This document shows positions 26,301 to 41,300 of a DNA stretch of 64,000 nt, piece after piece; within the stretch, counting starts at the first letter, position 1; each line of letters opens with the position of its first letter. The notes under the pieces are model-generated. The model was not told the origin of the DNA, ran no database searches, and worked only from the letters and a program-made list of their open reading frames with translations. Made by a program: the position numbers and the translations under genes. The stretch covers positions 196,894 to 260,893 of the forward strand of contig NMRA01000357.1 in the NCBI GenBank assembly GCA_002633005.1, given 5' to 3'. This DNA is from Phoronis australis (taxonomy: Eukaryota > Animalia > Phoronida).

Positions 26301-29300
26301 AGGCGTCTACATCTACCATGCATATGCCAACACGTTGTGTCAAGGAGTATCACTGCGAGACTAAGCATCCCATTTGGATGAGAGGTAATCGCATCCCTCA
26401 ATTCTGTTCTTGTACGTCCTGATGCGTTTAAATGTTTTGTCTGTGCGCTACTTACAGCAGCGCATCAATATGTCCAGATGGTAAAATGCCACGTAAACTA
26501 CGGTAGTGTTGTCTTAAGTAATAAGTAACATCTGCTGGAATTTTAATTGAATACGTTTGGGTGTTGAGTGTTAGAGACGAGATGTTCTTTCCTCATTGAC
26601 AACAAATGTGGAGACACATTTGTACAGGCAGGTGGGGTACCTGGGTTCTCAGGGTGCCTGGACCACACAAGTGTTTTTAGCCATCTGATTAGAGAGGCAA
26701 ATCAAAGAGGAAAGATTGATCTGTACATGTATATAGTGCGCATAAAAATCTTGTTAACCTACACAGCTTAGGAGTATTACAGTGTTCAGGGGCAGCAATA
26801 GACGAAATTGCGACATGAGGACGGATGAATTTCATGCCTAGAAAAGCAAGACTATAATTGGGCGGCCAGCACATTTTTTTGAAAACTAAGATTGCCAGGA
26901 GCTTGGTTCGGTGCCGTGTTGACATCCCTATATGTTACCTATAGGCTGTGACGGTTTATCGTTTGATTTTCGTAAATTATAGGTTCGTGTGTTAATGACA
27001 GTTATAGAAATCTGGTGTGGTTAATGACCTCTGAAAACTCATGACAAGACATTCGCATTTGTCAAAATATTTATATTTTTGAGGACTTATTTACGGTTGA
27101 ATTGCAGTGATTTTATTCCGTTGCCCACGCTGAGGCTCTGGCGGTTTATCCATGTAGGGCGTTTGCGAAGTTTGTATAGAGTTAAATGAACGAATGAAAT
27201 CAGCTGGTGATGAAGAATCAATTCATGGAATTTTCATGAATATCTACGGTTCAAATGAAATCTTACCATTACATTATGTCCGTTCGTACTATAACATTAT
27301 TCGACTTCATTCGTTAGTACTGACTCTGCGCCGGTTCACACAAATCTTTTTAGATTGGCACAACTTACAGTTTTAACAGATAAGTACCAACGTGATCCGT
27401 AGGTACATAAGTGGCTCAAAAAGTAACTCTTGCATCCTTCCTTCTTACTTAAACTTTACCTGTACAGAAACGATTGATTTGAAACAAAAAATACACTTAG
27501 AACAACGTTGAGCATTGAAATGCGCCTGTGAATGCACTCAAACTGTGTACATATGGAATGTATTTAGTACCATAAAATGGCCATTTAATGGCACAGAATA
27601 CGTCGAAACCACCCAAAATTATAAAGGTGTTCTCGTCCTCGCCTCTAATACAAAACTAGAGGAGGACACATTGGTAGTCCATGGGTCCAGCTTTATAGAA
27701 GTGCAATTGCTAAATTTCATGAGATCCTGTTAGGGGGTTTAGAGATACAGACAGCAGCAGTCGTCGGACACCAGGACGCCCAGACACATGACGACGATAG
27801 ATGGAAATGCAGTTTGATTCAGGAGTTGAACGCTGATGCCAATTTTAATATGCCCTGGTTCTACACCTCTCATTGACGTTCGAACACCTGTATTTCGAGA
27901 CAGAAAGGTTACATCAAAGGAGGTTACAGAGTGACTACGTTGACAACCAAAGGGCGAGGAACCGTCTTCATACTGTAAAACTTGAGTCCCGATGGCGAGT
28001 AAGGAGACCGCGGCTGACAAAAGTTTATCACCAAAATAGTATGAGATGGTGTCGAAAGGGAGATTGATGAAGCCAGCAATAATGGGGGATAATACTGTTT
28101 TCCGATGAATCTCGATTCTGTTTGAGATCATTGGATAAACGGCTGATGGTGTGGATACGACCGGGGAAAAGGCACACCAATAGATGCATACATTACTTGA
28201 ATGACACCCTTTAACAGAGACAGTGTCGTGGCATGGGGCGGCATCTCAGCCACCGGGAAAACGGCTTTCTTCACCTCTGCACTGACTTGGATGTCCAAGC
28301 GATAACATACACACTCACATACTGGACCCTGTAGCTAAACCTTATTTCAGGGGTCTTTAGTTTTTATTTCCTACTATGATCGGAATTAATATCTTTTCAG
28401 TTAATTGACAGGGATTAGGAATCCTAGAAAAAAGAATAGATGTCTATGAATATACAGACATCGTTTCAGATACAAAAAATAATGTTAAAAAGCAATATGG
28501 CAGTCCGGTATATCATTTTGACAAAGTTCAAAATATTTCGAACAGTGAGATTCAGTTTGTTATAAGTGATCAAATATTTTAGATGTGCTGTTAATGGAAA
28601 TAAGAAAAAAATCTATTTTTACTCGATTCAAAAAAGAGAAAAAATAGATAGTCAAGAGAATATGTTAGAGAAAGAAATAGAGATTTTTATTCTGATATCA
28701 GTCCTTCTGAAAAAAGGTAAAATATAGAACCTTATTGTTTCAAATAAGCTTCTCGATAATTTTGCTATGGAGCTTGAGGGACACATAACACATGAAGCAC
28801 TCTGGTCTGTATTGAAAAGATCAGAAACTGAAAAAAGCACCGGGTCAGATGGATGCACAATTAATTTTTCAAGTTTTTTTTGGAAAGATTTAGATTACTT
28901 TGTTATAAGACACATATATGACAGCTATGAAAAAATCTAAATGTCAAACACGCAAGAAACGGGGGTTGTAACTTTAATTTCAAAGCCAAATGAGGCTAAA
29001 AATTCATAAAAAATCAGTAAATCAATAACTTTGCTCAACAGCGTTTACAAGTTGGCATCCAGATTTATTGTTAGACGAATGAAAAAGGTACTTGGATATA
29101 AAATTTTCCCCGAATCAGACGGGATTTATAAAAGAGAGATGTATGGGTGAAAACATAAGATTGACCTATGATATTATGAATTTTTGTGAAAAGAAATGGT
29201 ATACCGGGGCTGTTATTACAAATAGATTTTGAAAGAGCCTTTGATAGCTTGCCATGTAACTTCATAACTACAGGGTGTAACGTTTTGGATATTTTTAATT

Positions 29301-32300
29301 GCAAGGCCTCAATCGTTGGATTAAAACCTTTTATAATAGTCCGGAATCATACATTGTGCAAAACGGGTTTCTGCCCAGAGGTTTTACTCTACACAGGGGC
29401 TGCAGACCACGTGATCCTCTTTCTCCATATGTCTCGCTTTATGTGCTGAAATATTAGCTGTAATGACGAAACACGATAGAGAAATGAAAGGCATTCAAGT
29501 TTATACTTACTCCGTATGCTGATGACACGTTTTTCTTAGATAGTTCTCGGCGTAGTTTGGGAGCTACATGTACTACGGAAGTTTTGAGTAAATATGCAGA
29601 AATGTCTGGTTTGAGAGTAAATTGTTCCAAAACAAACGCTATTTGGATGGGCAGTAAAACATTTTGTAAAGATGATTTCTATCATGCAAAATGGAAGTTA
29701 GAATGGGGCATAACGGAATTTAAGATGCTAGGTATCAAGTTCAGTGTTAACCTAGCAAAACTTATTGACATCAACTACAATGAGAGGATCGATGAAATCA
29801 ATAATCTTATTAAACTTTGGTCTAGACGAAAAATCTCTTTTTTGGGAAAGTTACGGTGGTTAAGACCTTGATGGTGCCAAAAATTATTCACGTAATGACA
29901 ACCCTGCCTACCCCATCAGGCACTATTATGAATAAGTTGAGCGCAAACATTTTAAAGTATATTTGGAATACCAAAATTGAAAGAGTGTAGAAAGGTGTAT
30001 TAATAATTAAAACTTATGAGGAAGGGAGAGAGAACATATTGAATATAATTCCCTTTAACAAAGCTATAAAAATCATTGATAAAAGGACCACTTACCTCTG
30101 AATCAAAATGGGTAAAACTATTTGAAGTTATAACAGGGATTGCAAAATCAAATATAACAAATATTTTAAATGGTTTTATTGAAAATCATAGTGAAGCAGT
30201 CAACCCTTTTTGGAATGAAAATCCAAGTAACTGGTCTCAACAAGTTTATGGCATAATCATGGAATAATAATGGACAGAAAATCTTCTTTAGCAAGTATGC
30301 TAGTGGTGGTGTTCTTTTTATTAATGACCTACTTGATGGAAATAACAGGGCCCGGTCTCTAATCTTTGTATTCGAAACGAACTCGAAACTATTTTTGGCA
30401 ATTTCTCTGCTCCTTTTGTGCGAACTTAAGATAATTGGTTATCAGACTGTGCTCGAATACATTATAGTTTATGCATGGGAGTTCCTAGTTCAAGTTTGCC
30501 CATGAAGACCCTTATATTCGTGCTACAAACTCGAGTAAAAACTCGAAATTTTGAGTTCAAACTCGAACTTATTGTTTTAATACTGGGTTTACAAACTGAT
30601 AACTAAGGGCAATAAATTATCTACGTAAGTTATTGTGTACTCGAGCATAGAATAATAGACACTTGTCTTGAGTTCGCCCAAAAGTAGAGTAGAAAATGCC
30701 AAACCTAATTTCGAGTTCCATTTCGTGTAAAAAGATTGGAGACCGGGCCCTGGTTTTACTGAATTTAAAAAAGATGTTCCCTGATTAAGTCTATTAGGTC
30801 GTTTCTGAGGAGAATACCATTAGAAATACAGTTAATTAACATATATGGACTAATAATACCTTTTAATATCCGTAATTTTTTAACCTAAACGTCGTGATAT
30901 ATGAAATTATTTGCCAGAACAAACTTTTGCCTATTGACCAAAAAAGATTTCAAGAAGAAGGTTATAACTTTCGAAGTGAAGACTGGAAAAATTAATATTC
31001 ACAGTCTTTTAATACTACTTACGATTTCAGGTTATGGACACTGCAGTTTTAACTATTACATAGAATACTTGTAACGAACTCTTTTCTTAAAAAATAACTT
31101 GGTGGACTCTGATGTATTTACTTTCTGCCAGTCACAAACTGAAACAGTGGATCACATCGTTTTCGAATGCAATAATGTAAACATATTGATAGAAGGATTA
31201 CGCAATTGGGTGTTATTGGTAAAAGGTATAAATGTGGCTATTGACAAAAAACAATGATTTTTAGCATGACCAAAAGTAACGAAGATAAATGCATAAAACA
31301 TACCGAGAGTGGTGTAGATTTAGTAATATCCCACGGTCTCGTTCGATAGGCGAAATAATGTCTCGTGGGATGTTACTTCATCTACGACAATCGAGGCACG
31401 TTTTGAAGTTATCCCCATACTTTTCGAATTCCTAAGTTTCTTTCATTTTTGGGCAGATTTTTTAAACACTTCACTCAGACTGTTCACGTGACGGATCACA
31501 TCCTATGTGTATGTACTTGCGCGTTAGGCTGCAAGTTTTCTCTTGTATAAAGAAACAGTTTTAAATGTACCGATTTATTACTTGAAAAAGATATAACAAA
31601 GATGAAAACAACGGTACCTGTGCATTAAACATCTCCTGAAAATAGATAGATAACAACAATATTTGATATTGTAGTTATCGAGGAATTGGTGCTTCAATTG
31701 CACACTATATAATATTTAACATTTGAAATTTGAGACAGAACTGTCATATAATTAACAGTCCTTTTTCAGAGATTACGATTGAGATCTCATTGCATGTTGA
31801 GTGATATTTACACTGTTATAATTGTATTACTTTAAACTATTTTCTGAAAGTTTGATGATCGAACCGGCTAACGACGTCTAGTTGACATTCACCTACCTTT
31901 TGAACTTTCCATGTCAGAGGTCGCTGTTGAAGTAGTGCGGGGGTGAATACGGAAAACATTTTTACATGGCCGTATTGGACTCGACTGATTCAACGCGTAT
32001 GGGATAAAATTTTAAATTGGACAGGGGAAAGTTACTGGTTTCGTGCCACTGAAGGATGCGCCCCTCTGTACGTCAGGCTGATGTAGCCGCAGAATCAGGA
32101 GCTATCTCATAGCCCTTAGTGGCTTCACACGTACATGTACAACCACACATGTGATTTAGAAGAACAATGATAATGCTTTAGCTACAAAACACGGTTGAAG
32201 AAAAGTCCATTTACGTGACCGGTTTTCTAATTCGTACCTTTCAGACATCAGAATCTTACCAGGGGTACTATACAAATAACTATTAATATTTTACCAATCA

Positions 32301-35300
32301 AAGAAGAAAAAGGAAGCACTGCAAACAGTCAAACCTTTTACTGGCAACAAAATAGGCAACATCACGTGTTCTCACTTGAAACGCACGTCAATATCTCACG
32401 TAATCTCGCTAAGTCTTGCTTTTTAGCGAGGTCCTCGCGTTACTAAACTCAACCTCAGATGTCTTAACCGGTTGTCCCGGCGGAACGGCAAACTACATCC
32501 AATATAAAAGACACTAGGCTCTTGCATATATTCCAATAAACTACCAATATGCTTCGTTTGTTTCAGGAACAATACCTTCACCAACTGACGGTATCGTCAG
32601 CCGCCAAGCATGCCTCACCGCAGGAGACAACTGTTGCGCCTACACCTTTGCCTTGAAAGTCAGGGCCTGTAAATCACTGGTCGCATATTATTTGACACCG
32701 CCTAAGACGTGTGCTTCTGCGTATTGCTTTGGTAAGTTTGAACTGCAACGTACATGTATTTAAAATACTGGCAATCTAAGCCGAACAGAAAATTGTCTGG
32801 TATTCCAGTTGCGAACTCAGAAATCTCTTATCATCAAATAAGGTACATAGTACTTTCTATTGACATAGATCAATATTTTAGCGGTACTTAATCTATATCA
32901 GAAGTGAACAATGGGGCGCTAAACCAGATAAACACAACGAAGTAGTCTTCTTCAACTTTGGGATTCTTTGCTACCAGTGACTTTCCAATTTGAAAACACA
33001 CAATGTATGGTTATAATTTGAATGACAGAGCATCACTAAATACGACTAAGACTAGAGAGGCAAGGTAAACTCAATCTTGACCAGAGTGGCTCCCCAACTT
33101 TGCAGCAGCCGACATGTTTTCGCGCTATATGTACCACTACAGCTATACTAGGAGTGCTATTTTGAGCCTGAGCATTTCCGCGATTACCGAGGTTTCTTGC
33201 TCTATTCAAACTTTTTGGTGGGACACAGTTAGTACAAACCAGTCTCCAATAGAAACCGGGAATACTTAAGGTTGGCTGAAATTAATGAAGATCGGGTCAA
33301 CTATTTGTCGTCTTAGTTTTGGGCTAAGTAACAAAACACGAGGTCTTTGAACTAAGAGCACTAGCGAAATGAAAAATGTCAGCCTTGCTGTGTGAAGCAA
33401 ACGTGTTAGTTGCACTCAATACTAATAAATATTTTGAATGAATAAAAAAATTCAACACAACAAAATTAACAGTGTACTGAACTTTTAAACCATTTTAATG
33501 GTTTAAAAGTTCAGTACACTGTTAAAAACTTACATTAATGAACAGACCTTTATGACCATATGCATAGTCACTAGTCAGAAAACTTACAGTAGGCGTGTCT
33601 AGGATCTTCCAACTTGTGGGACCATTGGCCTCAATTCTTATCTGGTGGGGTTGACGAACTGTAAGATCACCGTGGACTCTGGCGTTACCGCAGCCGAACG
33701 GAACACAGCACTTAATATTCGTCATGTTACGCGCTAAAATCATTAAGTGTCATTTAACAATTCAGTCATTGAACACGCTTGTGTGCTACCTTGCTTAGCC
33801 TCTTTTTCACTTCGTCTGGGAATATATGAATTACTTTTGAGATCTGTCTAGAGCTGCTTTAAATGAATATGGATCATTGGCGTAGCAACCTTTCTTTTAG
33901 TAGGGCAAAGAAAATGTGAGATCCATGCAAATCATTGATACTGATTATTACGACTTTTTCAGGGAAAATTAATACTGATGTTACTGGATATTTATTAAGT
34001 GCCTTAGTTAATTGTTTTTAAGGTAGCAAGACATTACAAGATTGAAATATAAGAGCTTCGTCAAGTTTTATTCACTGGAAACATAACATAGGCGCAGTTA
34101 TATTTCTGATTGTTGAAGGTATCTGACCAGACAAATACTTAATTTGAAGAAAATACCCAGAGGGAATTTTAACCGATGGTCATTGCATCGATTTTCAGGA
34201 GAACACGTGGCGTGCCCGCCAGGTCAGGTATCACCAACTGGGTTTACTCCAGGATGCAAGCGTAAGTGTTGACGCTTGTTTTCTCGAATTATTGTACACC
34301 CAGCTGCTTCATACCCACTTGACTTCGCATTCCGGTCCCAAACATCGACATAGCGTCTATTTGTATACGGTAGTAGTGCGTGTAGGATACTTTTGAAAAC
34401 GACTGTGATGATCAAATCCTTATCAATGTTCTTATGAAATATAAAAAAAAAACTGGGAGTGAGATTTGAAATCCTCGAGAGAACCCATCTCAAACAGTGA
34501 AGATTTCTTTCCAGTTTGTGACACATTTAAAAAAACTTGTCTACCTCTGGCAATGAATTAATGATACTTGATGAATTATCTGTCTGGTTGAGATTGCTTG
34601 TAACTACTTTTAAGTTGTTACAAGCAATCTCAACCTTAAAAGGAATAAATTCATCATTAGCAAAATTCTTTCGCCAAGTATATATAACTCTGACATCAGT
34701 TTTTTGTTTTTTATTAGTCTACAAGTCGCATTTTTGTCCGATTTGCACGATATTCACACACAACGTCTGACTCCGGAATAGCTCAAGTGCTATTATTTTT
34801 CGTTTTGATCGAATTCAAGATGGCGGACGTAGCGACCATTTTGTTCGAATTTAGATTCAAATGCTCATAGAGGCCGCAGTTTTTGATATGCACGGCCGAA
34901 AATCTGCACGATTATTATTAGCAGATGTGTACTACACATGTGTCGTAAATCCTTAGCTTACGGTCAAAGATGGCGGACTATCGGTCGTTGCTTTTGGGCA
35001 TTTCGATTTCAGGAGGGAAACTAAATATTGTTTCCTGTAGAGGGCGCATCGTTCAACCAATTGCTTAGGAATTTTCCCTGTGTTAGTTTCCTGCGAGAAG
35101 GTATTATCAAGTGCTACTTAAGCGAATGTTGTTTTCAAAATGGCGGATCTGACGAATTTTCATCACTTTTCAATCGTACTGGGGTTTTATTTTGAACAGA
35201 AAGGGCAACTTACGTGAAATTTTGCATGATGGTTTTTAAGGTACCTGTGTACTCTCACAAATAAACGTCGCCAACATTTTCCCCAGACTTACCGTTATTG

Positions 35301-38300
35301 AGCTATTTGGCTTTCCACTTAAAAGAATGGATTTTTCTCGAAAATGTGAAACTACTCATTTAAACGGACTTTCAGAGGATGTTTTCCATTTTTCGCTAAG
35401 ACGTCTTCATGTCTTTTTCAAATTATTCGGGATATTCTGATGACGCTGGTCATCATCATCGTTATTCTCATTTATTCAGTATTCCATGTCACCCAATTTC
35501 AGTCTCCAAATAACCTTCCTTTTGTTGCGAGAATGAAGTCACCAAGTGTGGGCGGTCGTGCCACAAACTTAAAATTGTATTCGTATCGTATCCATGACAT
35601 TTTTTCTCTCCAACGTCGTTGTCAATTTAGTCAATTTCGCCAAGTGTCACTCCTCCGAGCGCTTTCAGTGTAATACATTGTTATCCTAGTGTGATGGCGT
35701 TTGGTGTTTTTTTAATATTTATTAAGCAAAGCATATTTATTAAACAACTTTTTTGACAAGTTGTTTACCTGCATGTAATCCATACATCTATATTGAAAAC
35801 GTAAGTATTTTTTTATATATGGGACACCAATAATGTTCAAGCGTGTAATTTAAACCTCAGAGAAAATTCACGCTCATGTCTTTGGAACGTTAGTTATAAA
35901 ACGCAGCACCAAAATTAAGGTTATCTCAAACTTTATCTATTGTTACCCGTATATCAAAAAACAGGCTTTGTCAACTAGTAAAAGTATACATTTTCTGAAG
36001 GAAAAAATCAGGGACTGTAAAAATATATTTTATGTTAATGTGTCGTCATTATTATCACGTCAATTCCCTTTTAAGTCAAATTTTCATTTAAAGAAAGGTA
36101 CATAGTAAAATAACTCCTCGGTCGATTTTAAAGGAACCTTTTTGATATAAAACTCTACCATTTAACTCATTGATACTGTAAGGAATTTTCGATGAGTCTT
36201 TTAGTTTGTTTTTATGACAAATCAACTCGCAAAACGTAAGATATTTTTGTAAAAATAGCAGTCGTATTAATCTTTCTTAAATTACGCAGAAACTAGGCCT
36301 TTATATCAAAATTCCTAACCGTGGTTCTAAGACTGCTGAATAAATATTTAGTTTGGAAAATTTCAACGAGTTCCACCGAGCTGTTTTCGAGAACTCGAGT
36401 TCCTACATTCAAATTTAGTCGATTTCACGAAGCTGAGAAAAAGCAAATTAACTTGGGAGACATGAAAATGCCAGGGTCCTCGTGAACTCAATCTTGAGGT
36501 ACTTGGTGATTAAAGGACTGTGAGTTGTGGGAAGTAAACAAGCTAAGCGGGAGTTTCACTTTGAGTGACAGGTCTGTGACCTTTGACCTTAGATAAAAAC
36601 TACACGTATTTCAATTCGGTTGAAGGTGGTTCTGAGGTGGTTCTGCTAAATCCTTTTCTCTTGCTAGACGGTGTATATTTCTTATTTGTTCAAATTTACT
36701 CAAGAACGAAGACCTGGGCCCGGTCTCTAATCTTTGTACTCGAAACGAACTCGAAACTATTTTTGGCAATTTCTCTGCTCCTTTTGTGTGAACTTAAGAT
36801 AATTGGTTATCATACTGTGCTCGAATACATTATAGTTTATGCATAGGAGTTTCTAGTTCAAGTTTGCCCTTGAAGACCCTTATATTCGTGCTACAAACTC
36901 GAGTAAAAACTCGAAATTTCGAGATCAAACTCGAACTTATTGCTTTAATATTGGGTTTACAAATTTTGAACTAAGGACAATAAATTATCTACGTAAGTTA
37001 TTGTGTACTCGAGCATAGAATAATAGACACTTATCTTGATTTCGCCCAAAAGTAGAGTAGAAAATGTCAAACCTAATTTCGAGTTCCATTCCGAGTAAAA
37101 AGATTGGAGACCGGGCCCAGGTATCTTGTTAGACGTATGTGAAATTTTGTAATAACGGCTAATTTTTGTTAATAAGGTTTGAGATATCCTTAAGTAGTTA
37201 TTCAATCTCTAACAATAGTGTTGCAATAATTTTTGTTTTCAAAATTCACCATAGTCATTGATGAATCGCTTTAATCAAGATAATTTGAGCGATTTATAAA
37301 TAAAAGTTTCAATCCAAACCATTTTGTAGCCGCCTCATAAAACACCCTAAACCAGTCCAGTTCATTTATTTTTAGCAGCTTTAGCCATCCAAATACAATT
37401 AAAAGCATATCCTCGAAACAGTCTTATTCTTCCCTCAAAGCTGGTGACTTTGCCATAAAAAGATGAACCAATTTGCGTGAGGGCTAGCATTCTATGACAG
37501 TATATTTGCCAAGAGAGTTAAAAATCTTGGACCAGGTCACTAAACATTTTAGACTTTCTAAATATGTCAGTATAATTTAGTAGAGGAGTCTCAGAATTAA
37601 CACTGGAATTTATGCAGAGAAAGTAAATTAAGGTTTGGGCCAGGGGATTTTGACATCTCTTCGTGCCTATCCACATGCAGTTGTGGAGGCTCATAGAACT
37701 GTATATTAGAAGACGTCTGTTTGACCCCAATTTTATGCATGCTTATTTACAGCTTCAACCATTGCCGAACTGCAAAGTGATCCAGACCTTAAACTTGACG
37801 TCACGTCCACATCATTCAGCTACACGTGTTCAGTGTCATTACCTACCGAAAATGATCCCGTTATTGTCGACATTATGTGGCTAGCCGGTGTCAACCGATT
37901 CGATTCTAAGCCCTCGGAAACTCAACTATCCTTAGAAACAGATACCATTGAAGGGAAGAAGCTGTCGTCCCATTTCGGCAAAGAGGTGCGCCCTGCAAAC
38001 AACTGGTGACTCCTAAACAAAAAAGATAATTGACACAATTCTTAGAAATATATCATACTCTTTATCACGTGTCTTTAAAACCGTGATGCAGTGCGCGACG
38101 AACCCTTGTTTGGCGAGTTTTGATGCCAAAACGATAATTTTTAATAAGACTATTTACCGCAACAAAACGAGGACAACCTTAAAAACATAAAGGGATTTCC
38201 GACTGGAAGAACTGAAAAATCGTTACTAAATCCAATGCATCGGAGGTAAATAATTGAGGCGCTGAGACAAACGCAAGCCAAGCGCCTAGTTGCTGGCTTT

Positions 38301-41300
38301 AATGTCTCAATGTTTCAACTATCAGTTTCTGAAATACATGCTGGTATTTTTGTGCTACAGATATCATGTAAGGCCAGGTACTTCAAAAATGGGCTGTACA
38401 GTCAGTGGCGACAAAGCAATAGCATGCTTCTGGGTATTGAGGTGAGTTGTGAAGTCTTCTGGGTGCTGAGGTGAATTGTGAAGTAAAGTCAACGCGTAGA
38501 GTCATTGAAGCATGCTTATGCAGCACAGATGACTACAAGTAATTTGAGTAGCTCGTTACCTGTCTCTGTGAGTAGTGTGAGATGAAGAATGTATACTTAG
38601 CTCTAATTGCATGTGGGGTGACAACACCAGTGACGGATCCAGGATTTTGAGTTTGGGGGCAGGCCAGAGTATAATCCAGGATTTTTCCCGACAGACATTC
38701 GCACCTCAAGAACTGCCAAATGAAATTTGGGAAAATTTTAGAGGGCATGGCCCCCTTGGCCCCCCTCTAAGTCCGCCACTGAACGCGACAATTATTTCTA
38801 CCCAAATTAAGACTGCTTAGCATTATAAGTTACTTCTGCTTTGTGCTTTTTAAAGTGTTTGTTTCGACAGGTTGTAAATCACCCTGACCATCTACTTGAG
38901 GTAGACGAGAATGATGAAATCGAGATTAAACTCAAAATGCACGCACCCTATCTGGGAGAAAAACCGTTGGATATTCGTGCTTATATACCTGGAGAAGCTC
39001 AAGATGGTGCTCATTGTTCAACTGGAGAAAGGATACCAAAAGTTGTTTTTGCGAATCGCTGCGGCACTCAGATCACTAAATATAATTGGAATGACCTGCA
39101 CACTATCAGAGTTCGAGCTGCCGTTGATGGCAAAATCGAACAGGTTTGTCATCCGTTACGTTAAGTATGCTGATAGGATTCAACTTTTTCTCATCTCTAT
39201 AGTATGTTTGTGTCCTTATGCAAAACCTACAAGAAATGACTTTTCTATCAATCTATAGTATCATGATTGCAAAATTTCAAGAGATAGTTCAACTCTCAGT
39301 CCATTGGCGTGTTTCGATACTTACTCGTTTCTCTTTTGATTGCTACAGGGCAACCGTGTTCTGCGTACTGTTATATTACGAACACCTGCCGAAGTTCACA
39401 GTCACAATGCCTGGGCAAATTATTACTTACCAGAAATTAAGGTACGTGCTCCTCAACAAGAGACCTACAGAACCAGTTTTCTCCATTCAAAAACAGGCAT
39501 CAGACTGGTTCACAGATTCGGGACTCCTGTGTTTGACTTTGCATGTAGAATCTAAAATCCTATGTTTGAACAAAACGTTGTGACCATTAATAGGGTGTTT
39601 TGCTCATTCTATCTGAAAATAGGGAAAATATACCCTTAAAGTAGAGGAAAGTAGCGCACCATATTCAGCAATCTTGGTTAATCTTTACATTTTGTAATTA
39701 TATCTTCGCTCCGAGATCTCTTAGAATATTAGTTTTCATGGATGCACTCACATGTTTGGAGCATGGAATTAAACACTATTGTTTCTAAAGCTCGATATAT
39801 AATTGCAACTACCTTCAGTACGAGCCCTAAATATATTCAAAGGAATCACAAGTGTGCTACCGGATTCAGAGTATCATTATAATTGCACATGACTCTTCAG
39901 TAACACGAAGCTTTTCAGGACCCAAAAGGGTTGCCAGTAGTTGTGGCGGGCAAGTATAGAGTTTTCCAAGTTGAAAAGGACACGCCTAGATACCAAATTT
40001 TCTGATTGTTATCTCTGTAAAGAGTCATGTCTGTCTTCTCAATTAAGCCGAGCAACGGCAACGAAGATGAACCATCGACAGAATGATTACGTTCAAAATC
40101 TCAGCAATGGGCGCCTTTTAGCCATACTGGGTGCTGGTGACGTAGCAGACCAGGAACTCAAGTACAGTACCATGCTACCTGTCTGACTCCCTCTACAACA
40201 AGGACAGGGATCTTCTGAACAAATGTTCAATCAGCAGGAAACAGAACGCCAGCTCTAAGGCCTAGGCTCTCAATTGGGAAGACGTGCTTTAAGGAATTTA
40301 TAGCAACTCTAGAGAAGGAAAACACTGCCTCCTTCTATACTCATGTCAAAGCGACGAGGATGAACTTCTTTTACCAAAAAAAAACGCCAAACTTTTGTAC
40401 AGGAGAAAGCGTTGAAGGAAGGCAGCCAACTGATTTCTTGGATATTCATTTCCTGTCAGAGCAGAGAATGTGATCTACAAGTTTTTCTTTCGCCACGTGA
40501 ATCAGCCATTCCCAGTAGCTCTCAGCGGCGGCGGAATGCCGCACGTCTGCCAGAAATTACAGCTACATGTAGCTGACATTTTTGAAGCCAAGGTCACACT
40601 GCCTAATTCAGAACCTGTGATTGATGCCATCATAACCCATAACCCTCACAATAATAAAGACACAGTAGTCAGAAGCATATTCTTAGAATTATTGGTCTAT
40701 CTCCTTTCAGAAAATATATACTTTAAGTGGTTCACAAAACTTAGTTTTTCGATATTTGACATAGAGTTGATGTCATTTATGATGGTCCTAGATAACCTTG
40801 AAGTGTTCAGTGTTTGTAATTTCCTTTCAGATTCTTATAAAAGACAAAGATAAACGAGTTGCCGTATGCAGAAGTACTAACGACCCCCATATGACAACGT
40901 TTGATGGCAGGTAGGTGGACAGACAGTGCTAGTTTCACTATTGCATTTTGCAGTTAATAGAATTCAGGTCGGTTCACTTTTTTCCTTTTCACCAAGTGAA
41001 ACAGCCTTTCCTTTAGCTTATTGCAAAACTGATTGGAGTGTTGCTCTTGCCTACGATATTGTGGAAACAGGTAAAAATGTGGTCTCAAAATTTTAATCTT
41101 TGTAGCACGTTTTAGTTTGCATGTAACGTGTTCTTTGATATGCACCCCCTTCTTCAAATACAACAAACAACAGGTAGAAAAATTGGCACAGAAAACAATT
41201 AAACGTCCGTTTCGTGTTGCAGGAGTTACGAGCTTCAAAAGGAAGGCGAGTTTGTGTTGTATAGACACGTAAAAGAGCCTCTGGAGGTAAGCCAATCGCA

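Noticed and set aside
34800-35160. Cluster of aagatggcgg (YY1-like) motifs as an enhancer
   Set aside because: This pattern is typical of internal repeats in old non-autonomous transposons, and there is no independent regulatory evidence.
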